39,524 nucleotides of DNA, taken from an uncultured bacterium. Lineage in GTDB: Bacteria > Bacillota_I > Bacilli_A > RF39 > UBA660. The stretch lies in assembly GCA_949288625.1 (NCBI GenBank), contig CASEKZ010000091.1, positions 1 through 39,524 on the forward strand, given 5' to 3'. Below are positions 1-11,610 of this stretch, piece after piece; position 1 is the first letter of the stretch; the number at the start of each line of letters is the position of its first letter. Both the position numbers and the translations under genes were made by a program. Under the pieces are notes generated by a model. It was not told the DNA's origin. It was given only the letters and a program-made list of their open reading frames with translations, and searched no databases.

Positions 1-1
1 A

Positions 2-3000
2 ATCAAAGAAGTATTAGAAGAAATAAGCCCAGTAGAAAATTTCTCTGGAACATTATCTTTAGAATTTGGTGAATACTCATTTGATGAACCAAGGCATACG
101 ATTAAAGAATGTAAGGAGAAGAAAACTACTTATGCTGCTCCATTAAAGGTTCAAACTCGACTTTTTAATAATGAAACAGGAGAGGTAAAAGAACAAGAAA
201 TCTTTTTGGGGGATATGCCGCTTATGACTGATTCTGGATCATTTATATTTAATGGTTCAGAACGTGTTATTGTATCACAATTAGTACGTTCTCCAAGTGT
301 ATATTATGGAAGAGAAATAGATAAGAATGGACGTTCTATTATTTCTTCACAATTGATACCAAATAAGGGTACTTGGCTTGAGTATAAACTTAATAGCAAA
401 GACGTTGTAGACGTTAGAATTGATCGTAATAGAAAGGTTGTTGTAACGGCTTTCTTAAGAGCTTTTGGGTTATCATCAGACGATGATATATTAAAATTAT
501 TTGGTAATGATGAGTATTTAGTTAATACTTTATCAAAAGACTCAACTAAAAATACTGATGAGGCTTTACTTGAGATTTATGAGAAATTAAAACCGGGTGA
601 ACCAGCGACTCTTGATAGTGCTAAAAACCAGTTGATAACAAGGTTTTTTGATAATTTTAGATATGATTTAGCGAAGGTTGGACGTTATAAGTTTAATAAG
701 AAGTTAAACGTAATGGATCGTTTGTTAAATCAAACAATAGCACAGGACGTTGTGGTTGATGGTAAAGTTGTGGTTAAAGAAGGCACAAAGCTTACTCATG
801 AAGTTTTGGAAACTTTAAAGCCAGTTTTAGATAATGGATATGGTATGGTTGATGCAACTAGTGATAAAGAATTAGATGATCATACATCGGTTCAAATTAT
901 AAATATATATTCACCAATTGAACCTAATAAAGTATTAAAGGTAATTGGTAATGATCCGACGCTTGCTGTTAAAACACTTACTATATCAGATATATATGCA
1001 TCTGTATCTTATTATTTAAATTTACTTCATAACGTAGGTTCAATTGATGAAATAGATAACTTATCAAATCGAAGATTAAGACAAGTAGGAGAACTTTTAC
1101 AAAATCAATTTAGAGTAGGCGTTGCTCGTATGGAAAGGGTTATTCGCGAGAGAATGACAACTTTAGACATTGAAACGGCAACTCCTAAGACTTTGATTAA
1201 CATAAGACCAATAACGGCCGTAATAAAAGAATTCTTTGGTTCAAGTCCGTTATCACAATTCATGGATCAAATTAACCCTTTATCTGAGTTAAATAACAAG
1301 CGTCGTTTATCAGCTTTAGGGCCAGGTGGATTATCGAGAGATAGGGCTGCTATGGAAGTACGTGATGTTAATGTATCTCACTATGGTAGAATTTGTCCTA
1401 TTGAGTCACCTGAGGGTGCAAACATAGGTTTAATTACATCTCTTGCGAACTACGCAAAGGTAAATGATTATGGTTTTATAATGACTCCATATAGAAGGGT
1501 TAAAAATGGTAAATTGCAAGATCAAATCGACTATTTAACAGCCGATGAAGAAAACGGACATATAATAGCTCAGGCAAAGGTGGATATGGATGGAAACACC
1601 ATAGTTCAGGAACATTGTCCTGCGCGTCATAATGGTGATAATATTCTTGCAAAGCCAAACGAAATAGATTACATAGATGTATCGCCACAACAAATAGTAT
1701 CGGTAACTACAAGTTGTATTCCATTTCTTGATCATGATGATGCTCACCGTGCATTAATGGGATCTAACATGCAGCGTCAAGCACTTCCTTTATTAAAGGC
1801 AGAGGCTCCTTTGGTAGCAACTGGAATAGAAGCCCAAGCCGCAAAGGATTCTGGTGTTTGTGTAATTGCTAAAGCAGATGGTGTAGTGGAATATGTTGAT
1901 GGTAAAAAAATAATTGTTAAAACAACTAAAGCAAAAGATATATATATATTAAAGAATTTCGAAGGATCAAATGCTGGTACTTGTTATCATCAAAGACCAA
2001 TAGTTAGAATTGGTGATAAAGTAAAACGAGGTCAAATAATCGCGGATGGGCCATCTACTGATAAGGGAGAAGTTGCATTAGGTAAAAATTTAACCGTTGC
2101 ATTCATGACTTATAATGGATATAACTATGAGGATGCTGTTATTTTAAATGAAAGAATGGTTAAAGATGATGTTTTAACATCAATTTATATTGAAGATTAT
2201 GAAATTCAGTGTCGCGACACTAAGTTAGGTCCTGAGGAAATTACTCGTGATATTCCAAACGTTAGCGAAGAGGCTCGTAAGAACCTAGATGCTAATGGAA
2301 TTATAAGGATAGGAACCGAAGTTAAAGAAGGTGACATTCTAGTTGGTAAGGTAACTCCAAAGGGAATGGTAGAATTAACTTCAGAAGAAAAATTATTACA
2401 CGCAATCTTTGGTGAAAAAACTCGTGAAGTAAGAGATACATCACTACGTGTTCCACATGGTGGAGCTGGTATTGTTCATGATATTAAAATTTATACTAAG
2501 AAAGATTCTGATGAATTACCATCGGGTGTAAGTAAGGAAATTCGTGTTTATATAATTCAAAAGCGCAAGATTCAAGTTGGGGATAAAATGGCTGGTCGTC
2601 ACGGAAACAAGGGTGTTATTTCGCTTGTCGCACCACAAGAAGATATGCCATATTTACCTGATGGTACTCCGGTTGATATATTACTTAATCCACTTGGTGT
2701 TCCATCTCGTATGAATCCAGGACAGATCCTTGAAATGCATTTAGGTATGGCCGCTAAAAAATTAGGCGTTTATACATCTACTCCAGTATTTGATGGTGCA
2801 ACATGGGAAGATATTCAAGAAATGATGAAGGAAGCTGGTATGGAACCTGATGGCAAGACAATATTGTATAATGGTAAAACCGGAGAACCTTTTGATAATC
2901 GTGTTGCAGTTGGTGTTATGTACATGATAAAACTAGATCATATGGTTGATGATAAATTACATGCTCGTGCAACTGGGCCATATTCATTAGTTACACAGCA

Positions 3001-3505
3001 ACCATTAGGTGGTAAGGCACAATTTGGTGGCCAAAGATTTGGTGAAATGGAAGTTTGGGCACTTTACGCGTATGGTGCAGCACATGTGCTTCAAGAAATC
3101 TTAACGGTTAAATCGGATGATGTTGTTGGACGTGTTAAAGTTTATGAATCCATCGTTAAAGGAAAGCCAATTAATCAAGCTGGAGTTCCAGAAAGCTTTA
3201 GGGTTCTTGTTAAAGAGTTCCAAGCATTAGGATTAAACATTGCAATGATTACTGAGGATGGAAAAGAAGTAGATGTTAAAACACTTGAAGAAGAAGAGGA
3301 TAAGGAATCATCGCCATTATCAATCGAGGAAATAGATAACGTGCCAATTGTCAATTCAAAACAATCTGTAGAGGTTGTCTCTGATGAAGAGGTAAATTCT
3401 GAATCAGAGGATATAACCGAAGAAGAAAACGATGATTATGAAGCCGAAATAGAAGATCAACTAGATGATATGAATGATGCTTTAATGGAAGGGGATGAAG
3501 ATTAA
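2..3505 (+). CDS. rpoB: DNA-directed RNA polymerase beta subunit, 5'-truncated by the window edge. The reading frame is open from nt 2, upstream of the ORF-track Met at 206.
   Basis: Frame 2 reads [16 protein letters not shown]...LGDMPLMT continuously from the window edge. It carries the rifampicin cluster [32 protein letters not shown] and conserved motifs [19 protein letters not shown] and [37 protein letters not shown]. The C-terminal tail is acidic. Confidence 0.97.
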   Translation: MKEVLEEISPVENFSGTLSLEFGEYSFDEPRHTIKECKEKKTTYAAPLKVQTRLFNNETGEVKEQEIFLGDMPLMTDSGSFIFNGSERVIVSQLVRSPSVYYGREIDKNGRSIISSQLIPNKGTWLEYKLNSKDVVDVRIDRNRKVVVTAFLRAFGLSSDDDILKLFGNDEYLVNTLSKDSTKNTDEALLEIYEKLKPGEPATLDSAKNQLITRFFDNFRYDLAKVGRYKFNKKLNVMDRLLNQTIAQDVVVDGKVVVKEGTKLTHEVLETLKPVLDNGYGMVDATSDKELDDHTSVQIINIYSPIEPNKVLKVIGNDPTLAVKTLTISDIYASVSYYLNLLHNVGSIDEIDNLSNRRLRQVGELLQNQFRVGVARMERVIRERMTTLDIETATPKTLINIRPITAVIKEFFGSSPLSQFMDQINPLSELNNKRRLSALGPGGLSRDRAAMEVRDVNVSHYGRICPIESPEGANIGLITSLANYAKVNDYGFIMTPYRRVKNGKLQDQIDYLTADEENGHIIAQAKVDMDGNTIVQEHCPARHNGDNILAKPNEIDYIDVSPQQIVSVTTSCIPFLDHDDAHRALMGSNMQRQALPLLKAEAPLVATGIEAQAAKDSGVCVIAKADGVVEYVDGKKIIVKTTKAKDIYILKNFEGSNAGTCYHQRPIVRIGDKVKRGQIIADGPSTDKGEVALGKNLTVAFMTYNGYNYEDAVILNERMVKDDVLTSIYIEDYEIQCRDTKLGPEEITRDIPNVSEEARKNLDANGIIRIGTEVKEGDILVGKVTPKGMVELTSEEKLLHAIFGEKTREVRDTSLRVPHGGAGIVHDIKIYTKKDSDELPSGVSKEIRVYIIQKRKIQVGDKMAGRHGNKGVISLVAPQEDMPYLPDGTPVDILLNPLGVPSRMNPGQILEMHLGMAAKKLGVYTSTPVFDGATWEDIQEMMKEAGMEPDGKTILYNGKTGEPFDNRVAVGVMYMIKLDHMVDDKLHARATGPYSLVTQQPLGGKAQFGGQRFGEMEVWALYAYGAAHVLQEILTVKSDDVVGRVKVYESIVKGKPINQAGVPESFRVLVKEFQALGLNIAMITEDGKEVDVKTLEEEEDKESSPLSIEEIDNVPIVNSKQSVEVVSDEEVNSESEDITEEENDDYEAEIEDQLDDMNDALMEGDED

Positions 3506-6500
3506 TGTTAGATGCTAATAGATTTGAAGGAATTAAAATATCTATCGCTTCACCCGAGCAAATACGTGAATGGTCATATGGTGAAGTAAAAAAGCCAGAA
3601 ACCATTAATTATCGTACCTTAAAGCCTGAAAGAGATGGTTTATTTTGCGAGAAAATCTTTGGTCCAACTAAAGATTATGAGTGTGCTTGTGGAAAATATA
3701 AAAGATTAAGATATAAGGATATAGTTTGTGATAGATGTGGTGTTGAAGTTACAAAGTCTAAGGTTCGTCGTGAACGTATGGGGCACATCGAACTTGCAAC
3801 ACCTGTATCTCACATTTGGTTTTTTAAGGGTGTACCAAGTCGTATGGGGCTTGTTCTTGATATGTCTCCAAGGGATTTAGAGGAAGTATTATATTTTGTA
3901 TCATACGTGGTAATTAATCCAGGGTCTGCGCCTTTAGAGAAAAAACAAACTTTATCTGATAAAGAATACCGTGCTTATTTTGAAAAGTATGGAAATACTT
4001 TTGAAGTAGGTATGGGAGCTGAAGCTATTTTAAAATTATTAAAGGAAATTGATGTAAAAGAGGAAATAAAGAAAATAGAGGAAGAATTAGAAGATGCATC
4101 AGAACAAAAGAAGACCAGGTTATTAAAAAGGCTTGATATTCTAGATTCGTTTGATAAGTCAGGAAATAAACCAGAATGGATGATCTTAACTGCTCTTCCT
4201 GTTATACCTCCAGAGTTAAGACCGATGATACAATTAGATGGTGGACGTTTTGCAACAAGTGATTTAAACGATTTATATAGGCGTGTTATAAATCGTAATA
4301 ATCGTTTAAAAAAATTACTTGAGTTAAATGCTCCTTCAATTATTGTTCAAAATGAAAAAAGAATGCTTCAAGAAGCGGTTGATGCTTTGTTTGATAACGG
4401 AAGACGCGGTAGAAACGTAACTGGTCCTTCTAACAGACCTTTAAAATCGATTTCAAGTATGTTAAAAGGTAAGCAAGGACGTTTTCGTCAGAACTTACTA
4501 GGTAAGCGTGTAGATTATTCTGGACGTTCAGTTATTGCGGTTGGCCCTACTCTTAAGATGTATCAATGTGGTATACCAAAGGAAATGGCATTAGAATTAT
4601 TTAAGCCACATGTTATTCATGGTTTAGTACAAAGAGATATTGTTCATAATATCAAGTCTGCTAAAAAATTGATTGAAAATCAAGACGAAAGAGTATGGGA
4701 TGTTGTTGAAGATGTTATAAAAGAACACCCAGTAATGTTGAATCGTGCTCCAACGCTTCATAGGTTAGGTATTCAAGCGTTTGAACCTAAGTTGGTTAGT
4801 GGTAAAGCTATTCGTCTTCATCCACTTGTTTGTACGGCATTTAACGCTGATTTTGATGGTGACCAAATGGCAGTACACGTACCACTTTCTGAAGAAGCTC
4901 AAGCAGAAGCTAGAATATTAATGCTTGGCGCGAACAACATTTTATCTCCAAAGGATGGGAAACCAATTGTTACTCCATCACAGGACATGGTTTTAGGTAA
5001 TTATTACATAACTATGGAAAAAGCTGGAATTGATGGGGAAGGAAGAGTATTTAAGGATGCTAATGAAGCAATTGGAGCATATGAAAGACGTGAAATTACT
5101 TTACACGCAAGAATTGCTCTTCCAGCTAAATCACTAAAGTATAAAACCTTTACTGAAGAACAAAAAGAAATGTATTTGGTAACAACAGTTGGTAAACTAA
5201 TCTTTAACGAAGTATTACCAGACGGATTTCAGTATATAAACGAGCCAAGTGATGAAAACTTTGAAAATTTAACTCCAATGAAGTTTTTCTTGAAAAAAGG
5301 GGAAAATATTAAAGAGGCAATTAAAGCTATGCCGCTTGTAAAACCTTTTCCTCAAGGGGCTTTAAAAAGTATTATTGCACAAATCTTTAAACGTTATAAA
5401 ACAACTGAGACTTCTATCATGTTAGATAGATTAAAAGATTTAGGATTTAAATATTCTACTTTATCTGGCATTTCAATTTCAATCGCTGATGTTGAAACAA
5501 GTGAAAAGAAACATGAAATCGTTGAAAAATCTCAAAAAATAGTTGATATGATAAATAAACAATATAGGCGTGGTTTAATAACCGATAGAGAACGTTATGA
5601 AAAGGTTTGTGAGGTTTGGAATAAAGCAACAAATGAAGTTCAAGTTGAGTTAAAAGCTAAGGTAGAAGCACCTAGCGATAATCCTATCATGATGATGATT
5701 AATTCTAAAGCTCGTGGTAATATATCACAATTTACGCAGCTTGCAGGTATGCGTGGACTTCTTGCTAAACCTAATGGTGAAGCAGTAGAAATTCCGGTTA
5801 CTTCATCGTTTATAGATGGACTTTCAGTTTCAGAATTCTTTATTTCAACTCACGGCGCTCGTAAGGGTAATGCAGATACAGCATTGAAAACAGCTGATTC
5901 TGGATATTTAACAAGACGTTTAGTGGATGTTGTTCAAGACGTTATTGTAAAAGAAGAAGATTGTGGAACTATTCAAGGCGTTGTTGTCTCAGATTTTATC
6001 GATGAAAATGCTGGTACCGTAATAGAAACGCTACATGAACGTATCGTTGGACGTTATACTAATAAAAAAGTTGTAAATCCTACAACTAAGGAAATTATAA
6101 TCGATAAAAACGAATTGATTACTGAGCCAATTGCAGACAAAATAGATAAAGCTGGTATTAAAGAAGTTGAAATAAGAACGGCTTTAACTTGTAAAACAGA
6201 AGGTGGAATTTGTAGACATTGTTATGGTACAAATTTGGCTACTGGAAACGTTGTTGAAATAGGTGAAGCAGTTGGTATTATGGCTGCTCAATCAATCGGT
6301 GAGCCAGGTACGCAGTTAACCATGAGAACGTTCCATACAGGTGGAGTTGCATCGGGCGAGGATATAACTCAAGGTTTACCGCGTGTTCAGGAATTGTTTG
6401 AGGCTAGAAATCCAAAAGCAAAATCAACTATCGCTGAAATAGATGGTAAAGTAACTAAGATTGATGATTTAAATGGTAAGTATAAAATAGAAATTACAAA

Positions 6501-7137
6501 TGATGTTGAATCAAGAGAACATACTACTAATTATGGTGTTAAACTTTGTGTTGAAGTAGGAAACGTTGTTAAAGCTGGTGATAAACTTAACGTAGGTTCA
6601 ATTAATCCTAAAGAGTTACTTGCTGTAACCGATCCTATAACTGCTCAAAATTACATTCTAGAAGAAGTACAAAAAGTTTATAAATCACAAGGTGTTGATG
6701 TTTCTGATAAACATATAGAAATACTTGCACGTCGTATGATTGCTAGAATTAAAATAGTAGATGGTGGTGAAACGCCTTTGGTAGATGGTAAATTAGTTTC
6801 AATGCACGAATTTACTAAGGTCAATAAAGACGCAATTATCCAAGGTAAAAAGCCAGCTACTGGTAGACCAATAATGCTTGGTATTACTAAAGCATCATTG
6901 GAGACTGATTCGTTCTTGTCTGCCGCATCATTCCAAGAAACAACAAGGATTTTAACTGATGCAGCAATTAAGGGCAAGATTGATCACTTAACTGGTTTAA
7001 AAGAAAATGTTATAATTGGTAAGCTAATACCAGCAGGAACCGGTTCTAAATATTATTCTAACGTTAAGTATATTTTAGAAAGTGAACAAGTTGGCGACGA
7101 TGCATTAGACGCCTTAGAAAATCAATTAACAGATTAA
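3505..7137 (+). CDS. rpoC: DNA-directed RNA polymerase beta' subunit
   Basis: The start ATG overlaps the rpoB TAA by 1 nt (TAATG). It has the zinc-finger motif [23 protein letters not shown], the catalytic [12 protein letters not shown] motif and trigger-loop/bridge-helix-like segments. At 1210 aa its length is typical for Firmicutes. Confidence 0.97.
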   Translation: MLDANRFEGIKISIASPEQIREWSYGEVKKPETINYRTLKPERDGLFCEKIFGPTKDYECACGKYKRLRYKDIVCDRCGVEVTKSKVRRERMGHIELATPVSHIWFFKGVPSRMGLVLDMSPRDLEEVLYFVSYVVINPGSAPLEKKQTLSDKEYRAYFEKYGNTFEVGMGAEAILKLLKEIDVKEEIKKIEEELEDASEQKKTRLLKRLDILDSFDKSGNKPEWMILTALPVIPPELRPMIQLDGGRFATSDLNDLYRRVINRNNRLKKLLELNAPSIIVQNEKRMLQEAVDALFDNGRRGRNVTGPSNRPLKSISSMLKGKQGRFRQNLLGKRVDYSGRSVIAVGPTLKMYQCGIPKEMALELFKPHVIHGLVQRDIVHNIKSAKKLIENQDERVWDVVEDVIKEHPVMLNRAPTLHRLGIQAFEPKLVSGKAIRLHPLVCTAFNADFDGDQMAVHVPLSEEAQAEARILMLGANNILSPKDGKPIVTPSQDMVLGNYYITMEKAGIDGEGRVFKDANEAIGAYERREITLHARIALPAKSLKYKTFTEEQKEMYLVTTVGKLIFNEVLPDGFQYINEPSDENFENLTPMKFFLKKGENIKEAIKAMPLVKPFPQGALKSIIAQIFKRYKTTETSIMLDRLKDLGFKYSTLSGISISIADVETSEKKHEIVEKSQKIVDMINKQYRRGLITDRERYEKVCEVWNKATNEVQVELKAKVEAPSDNPIMMMINSKARGNISQFTQLAGMRGLLAKPNGEAVEIPVTSSFIDGLSVSEFFISTHGARKGNADTALKTADSGYLTRRLVDVVQDVIVKEEDCGTIQGVVVSDFIDENAGTVIETLHERIVGRYTNKKVVNPTTKEIIIDKNELITEPIADKIDKAGIKEVEIRTALTCKTEGGICRHCYGTNLATGNVVEIGEAVGIMAAQSIGEPGTQLTMRTFHTGGVASGEDITQGLPRVQELFEARNPKAKSTIAEIDGKVTKIDDLNGKYKIEITNDVESREHTTNYGVKLCVEVGNVVKAGDKLNVGSINPKELLAVTDPITAQNYILEEVQKVYKSQGVDVSDKHIEILARRMIARIKIVDGGETPLVDGKLVSMHEFTKVNKDAIIQGKKPATGRPIMLGITKASLETDSFLSAASFQETTRILTDAAIKGKIDHLTGLKENVIIGKLIPAGTGSKYYSNVKYILESEQVGDDALDALENQLTD

Positions 7138-7160
7138 GAAAGCATAAAGCTTTCTTTTTT
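7137..7160 (+). terminator. Rho-independent terminator after rpoC
   Basis: A 7-bp stem agaaagc/gctttct with a 5-nt loop is followed by a T-run (tttttt), starting at the rpoC stop codon. Confidence 0.6.
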
Positions 7161-7161
7161 G

Positions 7162-7190
7162 TTGACATAAATTGTATTTTGTTATATCAT
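7162..7190 (+). promoter_or_regulatory. Putative sigma-A type promoter for the orphan two-gene cassette
   Basis: TTGACA (7162-7167), a 17-nt spacer, then TATCAT (7185-7190). Confidence 0.4.
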
Positions 7191-7217
7191 ACATCTTATT
7201 GAAATAGGGGTGTTTTT

Positions 7218-7631
7218 GTGTATAAAAAAAGAAAGAAGTTCACAAACCGAGCATATGATATTAAACTTGCTATAATATGTGATAAATTAATCGAAATAAA
7301 TACTAGTGCTTTTTTTGCAATATCGAAAAAATTTATTGAGAAAAAAGATGGCTCTTTAGGACGTGATTTAACACTAGATGGTAAAAATGAAGTTCCAATC
7401 ATTATTTCATCAGTTCCAGTGGAAACGTTATTTATTCCATCAACTTATCGTTTGAATGAAGATGGAGTTTTAACTAACTGGGATGGGGATGTTGTTTTAG
7501 CTAAGCTAGTTCATTACCAAATGATGTTTACTGATGGACAAATAAATGGAGAAAATTACACTGATTTAAATTTGGATATAAAAATTCCTTCATCTTCAAA
7601 AAGTGTTAAACTTTGTTTAAGAAAGAGGTGA
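7218..7631 (+). CDS. Hypothetical protein (137 aa) with no recognisable domain
   Basis: GTG start preceded by aggggtg about 7 nt upstream. The N-terminus is basic (MYKKRKKF). I recognise no family motif. It lies downstream of its own promoter-like element. Confidence 0.45.
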   Translation: MYKKRKKFTNRAYDIKLAIICDKLIEINTSAFFAISKKFIEKKDGSLGRDLTLDGKNEVPIIISSVPVETLFIPSTYRLNEDGVLTNWDGDVVLAKLVHYQMMFTDGQINGENYTDLNLDIKIPSSSKSVKLCLRKR

Positions 7632-7636
7632 TTGGT

Positions 7637-8197
7637 ATGGTTGTAAAATCTTTAAATGATGTTTTTAAGATAATGTTTAATTATGGAGCTTGCGATCAAC
7701 AATTTTTCTTTGTGGTAAATTTTTTAATTAGTTGTTTTAAGAATTGGAACGCTAGTGATTTTTCTGATTGTATTATAAATGATTATATTTCTGTAAAAAA
7801 AGATGATAATAAAGGTTTTTATATGAATTTTAAAAAAAATTATTATTACATCATGCACGTGGATAATCCGGTTATGACAACCATTAGTTATCATAATAAA
7901 ACATTAAATATTTCAATTTGGGATTCATCTAAAAAAGAAGTATATTTTGCTGAGATATTAGAAGATGGCACAACCATTTCATATTATGATGAATCAGGAT
8001 ACGAGTTAGGAATAAAACAAGAAGGCTACTTACATTTAGGTTCAACGTTTAAAAATATGCCACCAAAAACAAAATGTTATCTAGATTCTGATGAAAGCTA
8101 TAATAAATTTTTAGAAAAATTAAATTTGTTGAAAACTTCTACTTTAAAAACAGCCATATTTTATTACGATGATGAAAATAAATTAAAGGTTTTATAA
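7637..8197 (+). CDS. Hypothetical protein (about 186 aa) with no recognisable domain
   Basis: The ORF is open from 7613. I prefer ATG 7637 because of the RBS aagaggtg 6 nt upstream. It is Tyr/Asn/Phe-rich, has no TM segment and no known motif. Confidence 0.5.
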   Translation: MVVKSLNDVFKIMFNYGACDQQFFFVVNFLISCFKNWNASDFSDCIINDYISVKKDDNKGFYMNFKKNYYYIMHVDNPVMTTISYHNKTLNISIWDSSKKEVYFAEILEDGTTISYYDESGYELGIKQEGYLHLGSTFKNMPPKTKCYLDSDESYNKFLEKLNLLKTSTLKTAIFYYDDENKLKVL

Positions 8198-8279
8198 ATA
8201 AAGTTTAAAATTTATTAAAAGACAATAAATAACATAGTTTTCTTTAACTTTTATGTTACAATATACGTTAGGTGGTTTT

Positions 8280-9623
8280 ATGAACGAAGTTACTAAATTT
8301 TTATTAAATTTAAATATTAATGATACTGAACCATTAATTGTTGGTGTATCATATGGTCCTGATTCAATGGCATTATTGAATATTGTTAAAGAAAAATATC
8401 CAAAAAATAAAATTATTTGTGCTCACGTACATCACAACCACCGAAAAGAAAGTGATGAAGAGCAGGAACAGTTGAAAAAATTCTGCGTTAAAAATAACAT
8501 AATGTTTGAATTTATGAAAATAACAGAATATAAAAATAATAAGTTTACCGAAGAAGAAGCAAGAATAAAACGATATAAGTTTTTTGAATTTTTAGTTAAA
8601 AAATATAATTCTAAATATTTATTTACGGCACATCATGGGGATGACCTTATTGAAACTATTTTAATGAGAATAACAAGGGGTTCAACATTAAGGGGATATG
8701 CTGGCATTTCTTTGATTAGTAACAGGGATAATTACAATATAATAAGGCCACTTCTTTTTGTTACTAAAGAAGATATTTTAAAATATTGTAATAATAAGAA
8801 AATAAATTATGCTGAGGATAAGTCTAATTTTGATGATAATTATACAAGAAATAGATATCGTAAATATATTTTACCATATCTTAAGAAAGAAGATCCTAAG
8901 GTACATAAAAAGTTTTTGAAGTTTTCTTTATTACATAGTAAATATGATGATTATTTTACTAATTTAGTTAATAGACTTTATGATGATGTTGTTAATAATA
9001 ACGTGCTTAACCTAAGTGAGCTTTTAAAAAATGATGAAGTGGTTATAAGAAGAATAGTTATGAGGTATTTGCATAATAATTATGGTAATGAGATTATAAG
9101 AATAACAGATGATAATACTAATGCTATTTTATCGCTTATTAGTAGCAATAAATCAAGTGGATCCGTTTGTTTACCAAACAAGAAAATGTTAATAAAATCT
9201 TATAATAAGTTATATTTTGATAATGATTTTAAATATAATGATTATTGCTTAATGCTTAATGAGTATGTAGAACTTCCAAATGGTTTTGTAGTTAGACAAA
9301 TTAATAAGTTAGAAAATAAATCAAATTACGTAACAGCTGTTAGTTATGATGATGTTCGTTTTCCGTTATACATAAGAAACGTAACTAAAGGTGACAGAAT
9401 TAACGTTTTAGGGCTTAATGGTTCTAAAAAGGTGCAAGATATTTTTATTAATGAAAAGGTACCTAAGAATATTAGGGGTAGTTATCCGGTTGTGGTTGAT
9501 AGTGAAGATAAAATAATTTGGATACCAGGACTTAAGAAATCTAAATATGATAAGTCAAAAGCCGGGAAATATGATATAATATTAAAGTATTACAAGGAGG
9601 AAAAAAATGACAACACAAGGTAA
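8280..9623 (+). CDS. tilS: tRNA(Ile)-lysidine synthase
   Basis: PP-loop variant VGVSYGPDSMAL, HHGDDLIET, and the TilS C-terminal domain motif GDRINVLGLNGSKKVQDIFINEKVP...IIWIPG. I chose ATG 8280 because of the RBS taggtgg. Confidence 0.9.
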   Translation: MNEVTKFLLNLNINDTEPLIVGVSYGPDSMALLNIVKEKYPKNKIICAHVHHNHRKESDEEQEQLKKFCVKNNIMFEFMKITEYKNNKFTEEEARIKRYKFFEFLVKKYNSKYLFTAHHGDDLIETILMRITRGSTLRGYAGISLISNRDNYNIIRPLLFVTKEDILKYCNNKKINYAEDKSNFDDNYTRNRYRKYILPYLKKEDPKVHKKFLKFSLLHSKYDDYFTNLVNRLYDDVVNNNVLNLSELLKNDEVVIRRIVMRYLHNNYGNEIIRITDDNTNAILSLISSNKSSGSVCLPNKKMLIKSYNKLYFDNDFKYNDYCLMLNEYVELPNGFVVRQINKLENKSNYVTAVSYDDVRFPLYIRNVTKGDRINVLGLNGSKKVQDIFINEKVPKNIRGSYPVVVDSEDKIIWIPGLKKSKYDKSKAGKYDIILKYYKEEKNDNTR

Positions 9624-11610
9624 TCAAAATATGAAAAAAGGCTTTTTTCCTTATGTTTTGTTACTTACTATTGGTTTGGCGTTATTGTTTTTTTATAACA
9701 TGGCTAGTAGTACTAATAAGGAATTAACTTATAATGAGTTTAATAAAGCTTTGTCAGATAACAATATAAAAGAAGTAGTTATTACGCCATCTGCTGCGGC
9801 GTATACTTATCAAATAACAGGAAAGTTAAAAGATGCTAAAGAAGGAGAAACGTTTAGTGTAAAAACACCTCTTTCTGATACGGTTATTGATGATATAGTA
9901 GCTGCAAGTGAAAAGAAAGATTTTAAGATAATATCTGAATCTGATCCAGCATCAAGTTTGTGGTATAACTTCTTGTTAAATATTGCTCCATTCTTATTAA
10001 TAATAGGTTTAGCTTTTTGGTTTGTTACAAAGCAACTTAATGCTCAAAAAGGATCAATGGATTTTGGAAGAAGCAAAGCTAAATTAAATCCAGATACCGG
10101 AAAAGTAACCTTTAAGGATGTTGCAGGTCTTCCAGAAGAAAAAGAAGAATTACAAGAACTAATTGACTTTTTAAAATATCCTAAAAAATTTCAAAAACTT
10201 GGTGCAAGAATACCTAAAGGTGTACTATTAGTAGGGCCACCAGGAACAGGTAAAACGCTTCTTGCAAAAGCGGTAGCGGGAGAGGCAAACGTACCATTTT
10301 ACTTTATTTCTGGTTCTGATTTCGTAGAATTATACGTTGGTGTTGGAGCTTCCCGTGTTAGGGATATGTTTAAACAAGCAAAGCAAAACGCACCATGTTT
10401 AATCTTTATTGATGAAATAGATGCTGTTGGTCGTCAGCGTGGAACTGGTATTGGCGGTGGTCATGACGAAAGAGAGCAAACCCTTAACCAGTTACTAACC
10501 GAGATGGACGGATTTGGTTCTAATGAGGGAATTATAATTATTGCTGCAACTAATAGACCTGACGTACTTGATCCAGCTTTGTTAAGACCGGGAAGATTTG
10601 ATAGGCAAGTAACCGTTGCCCTTCCTGACGTAAAGGCAAGGGAAGATATTTTAAAAGTACATGCTAAAAATAAAATTTTATCAAAAGCCGTGCATTTAGA
10701 TAGTATTGCAAAAAGGACTGTTGGTTTTTCTGGAGCCGATTTGGAAAACTTACTTAATGAGGCTGCTCTTCTTGCCGTAAGAAGAGAAAAATCTACAATT
10801 ACCATGCCTGAAATCGACGAGGCAATTGATAGGGTAATAATGGGTCCTGCAAAATTAACCAAAAAATACACGGTAAAAGAAAAAAGGCTTGTTGCATATC
10901 ATGAAGCAGGTCATGCCGTTTTGGGTATTAAACTCGATGATGCTAATGATGTTCAAAAAGTAACAATAATTCCTCGTGGGCAAGCTGGTGGATATAATCT
11001 TATGCTTCCTAAAGAAGAAAAGTACACTGCTACTAAAACGGAACTTTTAGAGGAAATAATGGGATTACTCGGTGGACGTGTTGCGGAAGAAGTTGTGTTT
11101 GATGAAATAACTACGGGAGCTCATAACGATTTTTCTAAGGCAACTAAAATTGCACGCAGCATGGTAACTGAATACGGAATGTCGTCTTTAGGCCCAATCC
11201 AATTAGAAACCCCAGAAGGAAGTTCATTCTTGGGTAGGGATTATAATAAAAACAGAAACTTTTCTGACCAAGTTGCGTTAGAAATTGATAATGAAGTTAG
11301 AAAAATAATAAACGAGTGTTATGAAAAAGCAAAAAAGATTATTGAAAAAAATAGGGATTTGCTTGATTTAATTGCAAACACGTTAATAGAGCGTGAAACT
11401 CTTACTAAAGAAGAAATTGATTACTTAGCTAAGAACGGAAAAATGCCAGAGGAAGACATGTTAGATGATGTCTCTTTACCAAAGTTAAAGGAAATGGCAA
11501 AAGAAAAGGGAATTAAAGGCTATTCTTCAATGAGTAAAGATGAGCTTAAAAAGACATTGTCAAGCGAGTTAAAAGAAGAAAAAGAAGACGAAAAAACAAC
11601 TAATAATTAG
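9607..11610 (+). CDS. ftsH: ATP-dependent zinc metalloprotease FtsH, with an extra C-terminal Rho_N/HeH-like tail
   Basis: Strong RBS aggagg 7 nt before ATG 9607, which overlaps the tilS 3' end by 17 nt. There are two TM segments, Walker A GPPGTGKT, Walker [10 protein letters not shown] (here LIFIDEID), [22 protein letters not shown] and the zinc site HEAGHAV. Confidence 0.95.
   Translation: MTTQGNQNMKKGFFPYVLLLTIGLALLFFYNMASSTNKELTYNEFNKALSDNNIKEVVITPSAAAYTYQITGKLKDAKEGETFSVKTPLSDTVIDDIVAASEKKDFKIISESDPASSLWYNFLLNIAPFLLIIGLAFWFVTKQLNAQKGSMDFGRSKAKLNPDTGKVTFKDVAGLPEEKEELQELIDFLKYPKKFQKLGARIPKGVLLVGPPGTGKTLLAKAVAGEANVPFYFISGSDFVELYVGVGASRVRDMFKQAKQNAPCLIFIDEIDAVGRQRGTGIGGGHDEREQTLNQLLTEMDGFGSNEGIIIIAATNRPDVLDPALLRPGRFDRQVTVALPDVKAREDILKVHAKNKILSKAVHLDSIAKRTVGFSGADLENLLNEAALLAVRREKSTITMPEIDEAIDRVIMGPAKLTKKYTVKEKRLVAYHEAGHAVLGIKLDDANDVQKVTIIPRGQAGGYNLMLPKEEKYTATKTELLEEIMGLLGGRVAEEVVFDEITTGAHNDFSKATKIARSMVTEYGMSSLGPIQLETPEGSSFLGRDYNKNRNFSDQVALEIDNEVRKIINECYEKAKKIIEKNRDLLDLIANTLIERETLTKEEIDYLAKNGKMPEEDMLDDVSLPKLKEMAKEKGIKGYSSMSKDELKKTLSSELKEEKEDEKTTNN

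Noticed and set aside
3290-3505. The long acidic C-terminal tail of RpoB (EEEEDKESS...[13 protein letters not shown]), considered as a possible novel domain.
   Set aside because: Acidic low-complexity C-terminal extensions of RpoB occur in other Firmicutes, including B. subtilis as I recall. It is compositionally biased rather than a distinct domain.
8253-8279. ORF-track N-terminal extensions using upstream alternative starts:
- tilS: 8253
- DUF1934: 13581
- argS: 14021
- rpmE: 23627
- fusA: 24935
- CapA-like: 36327
- Lipoprotein: 38013
- Hypothetical B: 7613
- Fem: 29717
   Set aside because: In each case a downstream ATG or GTG has a properly spaced Shine-Dalgarno sequence and gives an N-terminus matching the family consensus. 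The upstream extension lacks an RBS or overlaps regulatory hairpins.
10461-10871. These are long antisense or shadow ORFs from the six-frame track. Examples:
- 1500-1747 (-)
- 3351-3605 (-)
- 6678-6977 (-)
- 10461-10871 (-)
- 11684-12184 (+)
- 15855-16088 (-)
- 16289-16561 (-)
- 17334-17597 (-)
- 21887-22084 (-)
- 22454-22675 (-)
- 24564-24916 (-)
- 24993-25484 (+)
- 25318-26584 (-)
- 27219-27470 (-)
- 28106-28318 (-)
- 30198-30380 (-)
- 32043-32240 (-)
- 33854-34162 (-)
- 34389-34664 (-)
- 36002-36238 (-)
- 38760-38969 (+)
   Set aside because: Each lies entirely inside, or opposite, a strongly conserved housekeeping gene. They lack Shine-Dalgarno sequences and have odd, low-complexity composition typical of shadow frames in AT-rich DNA. 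I see no independent evidence of coding.
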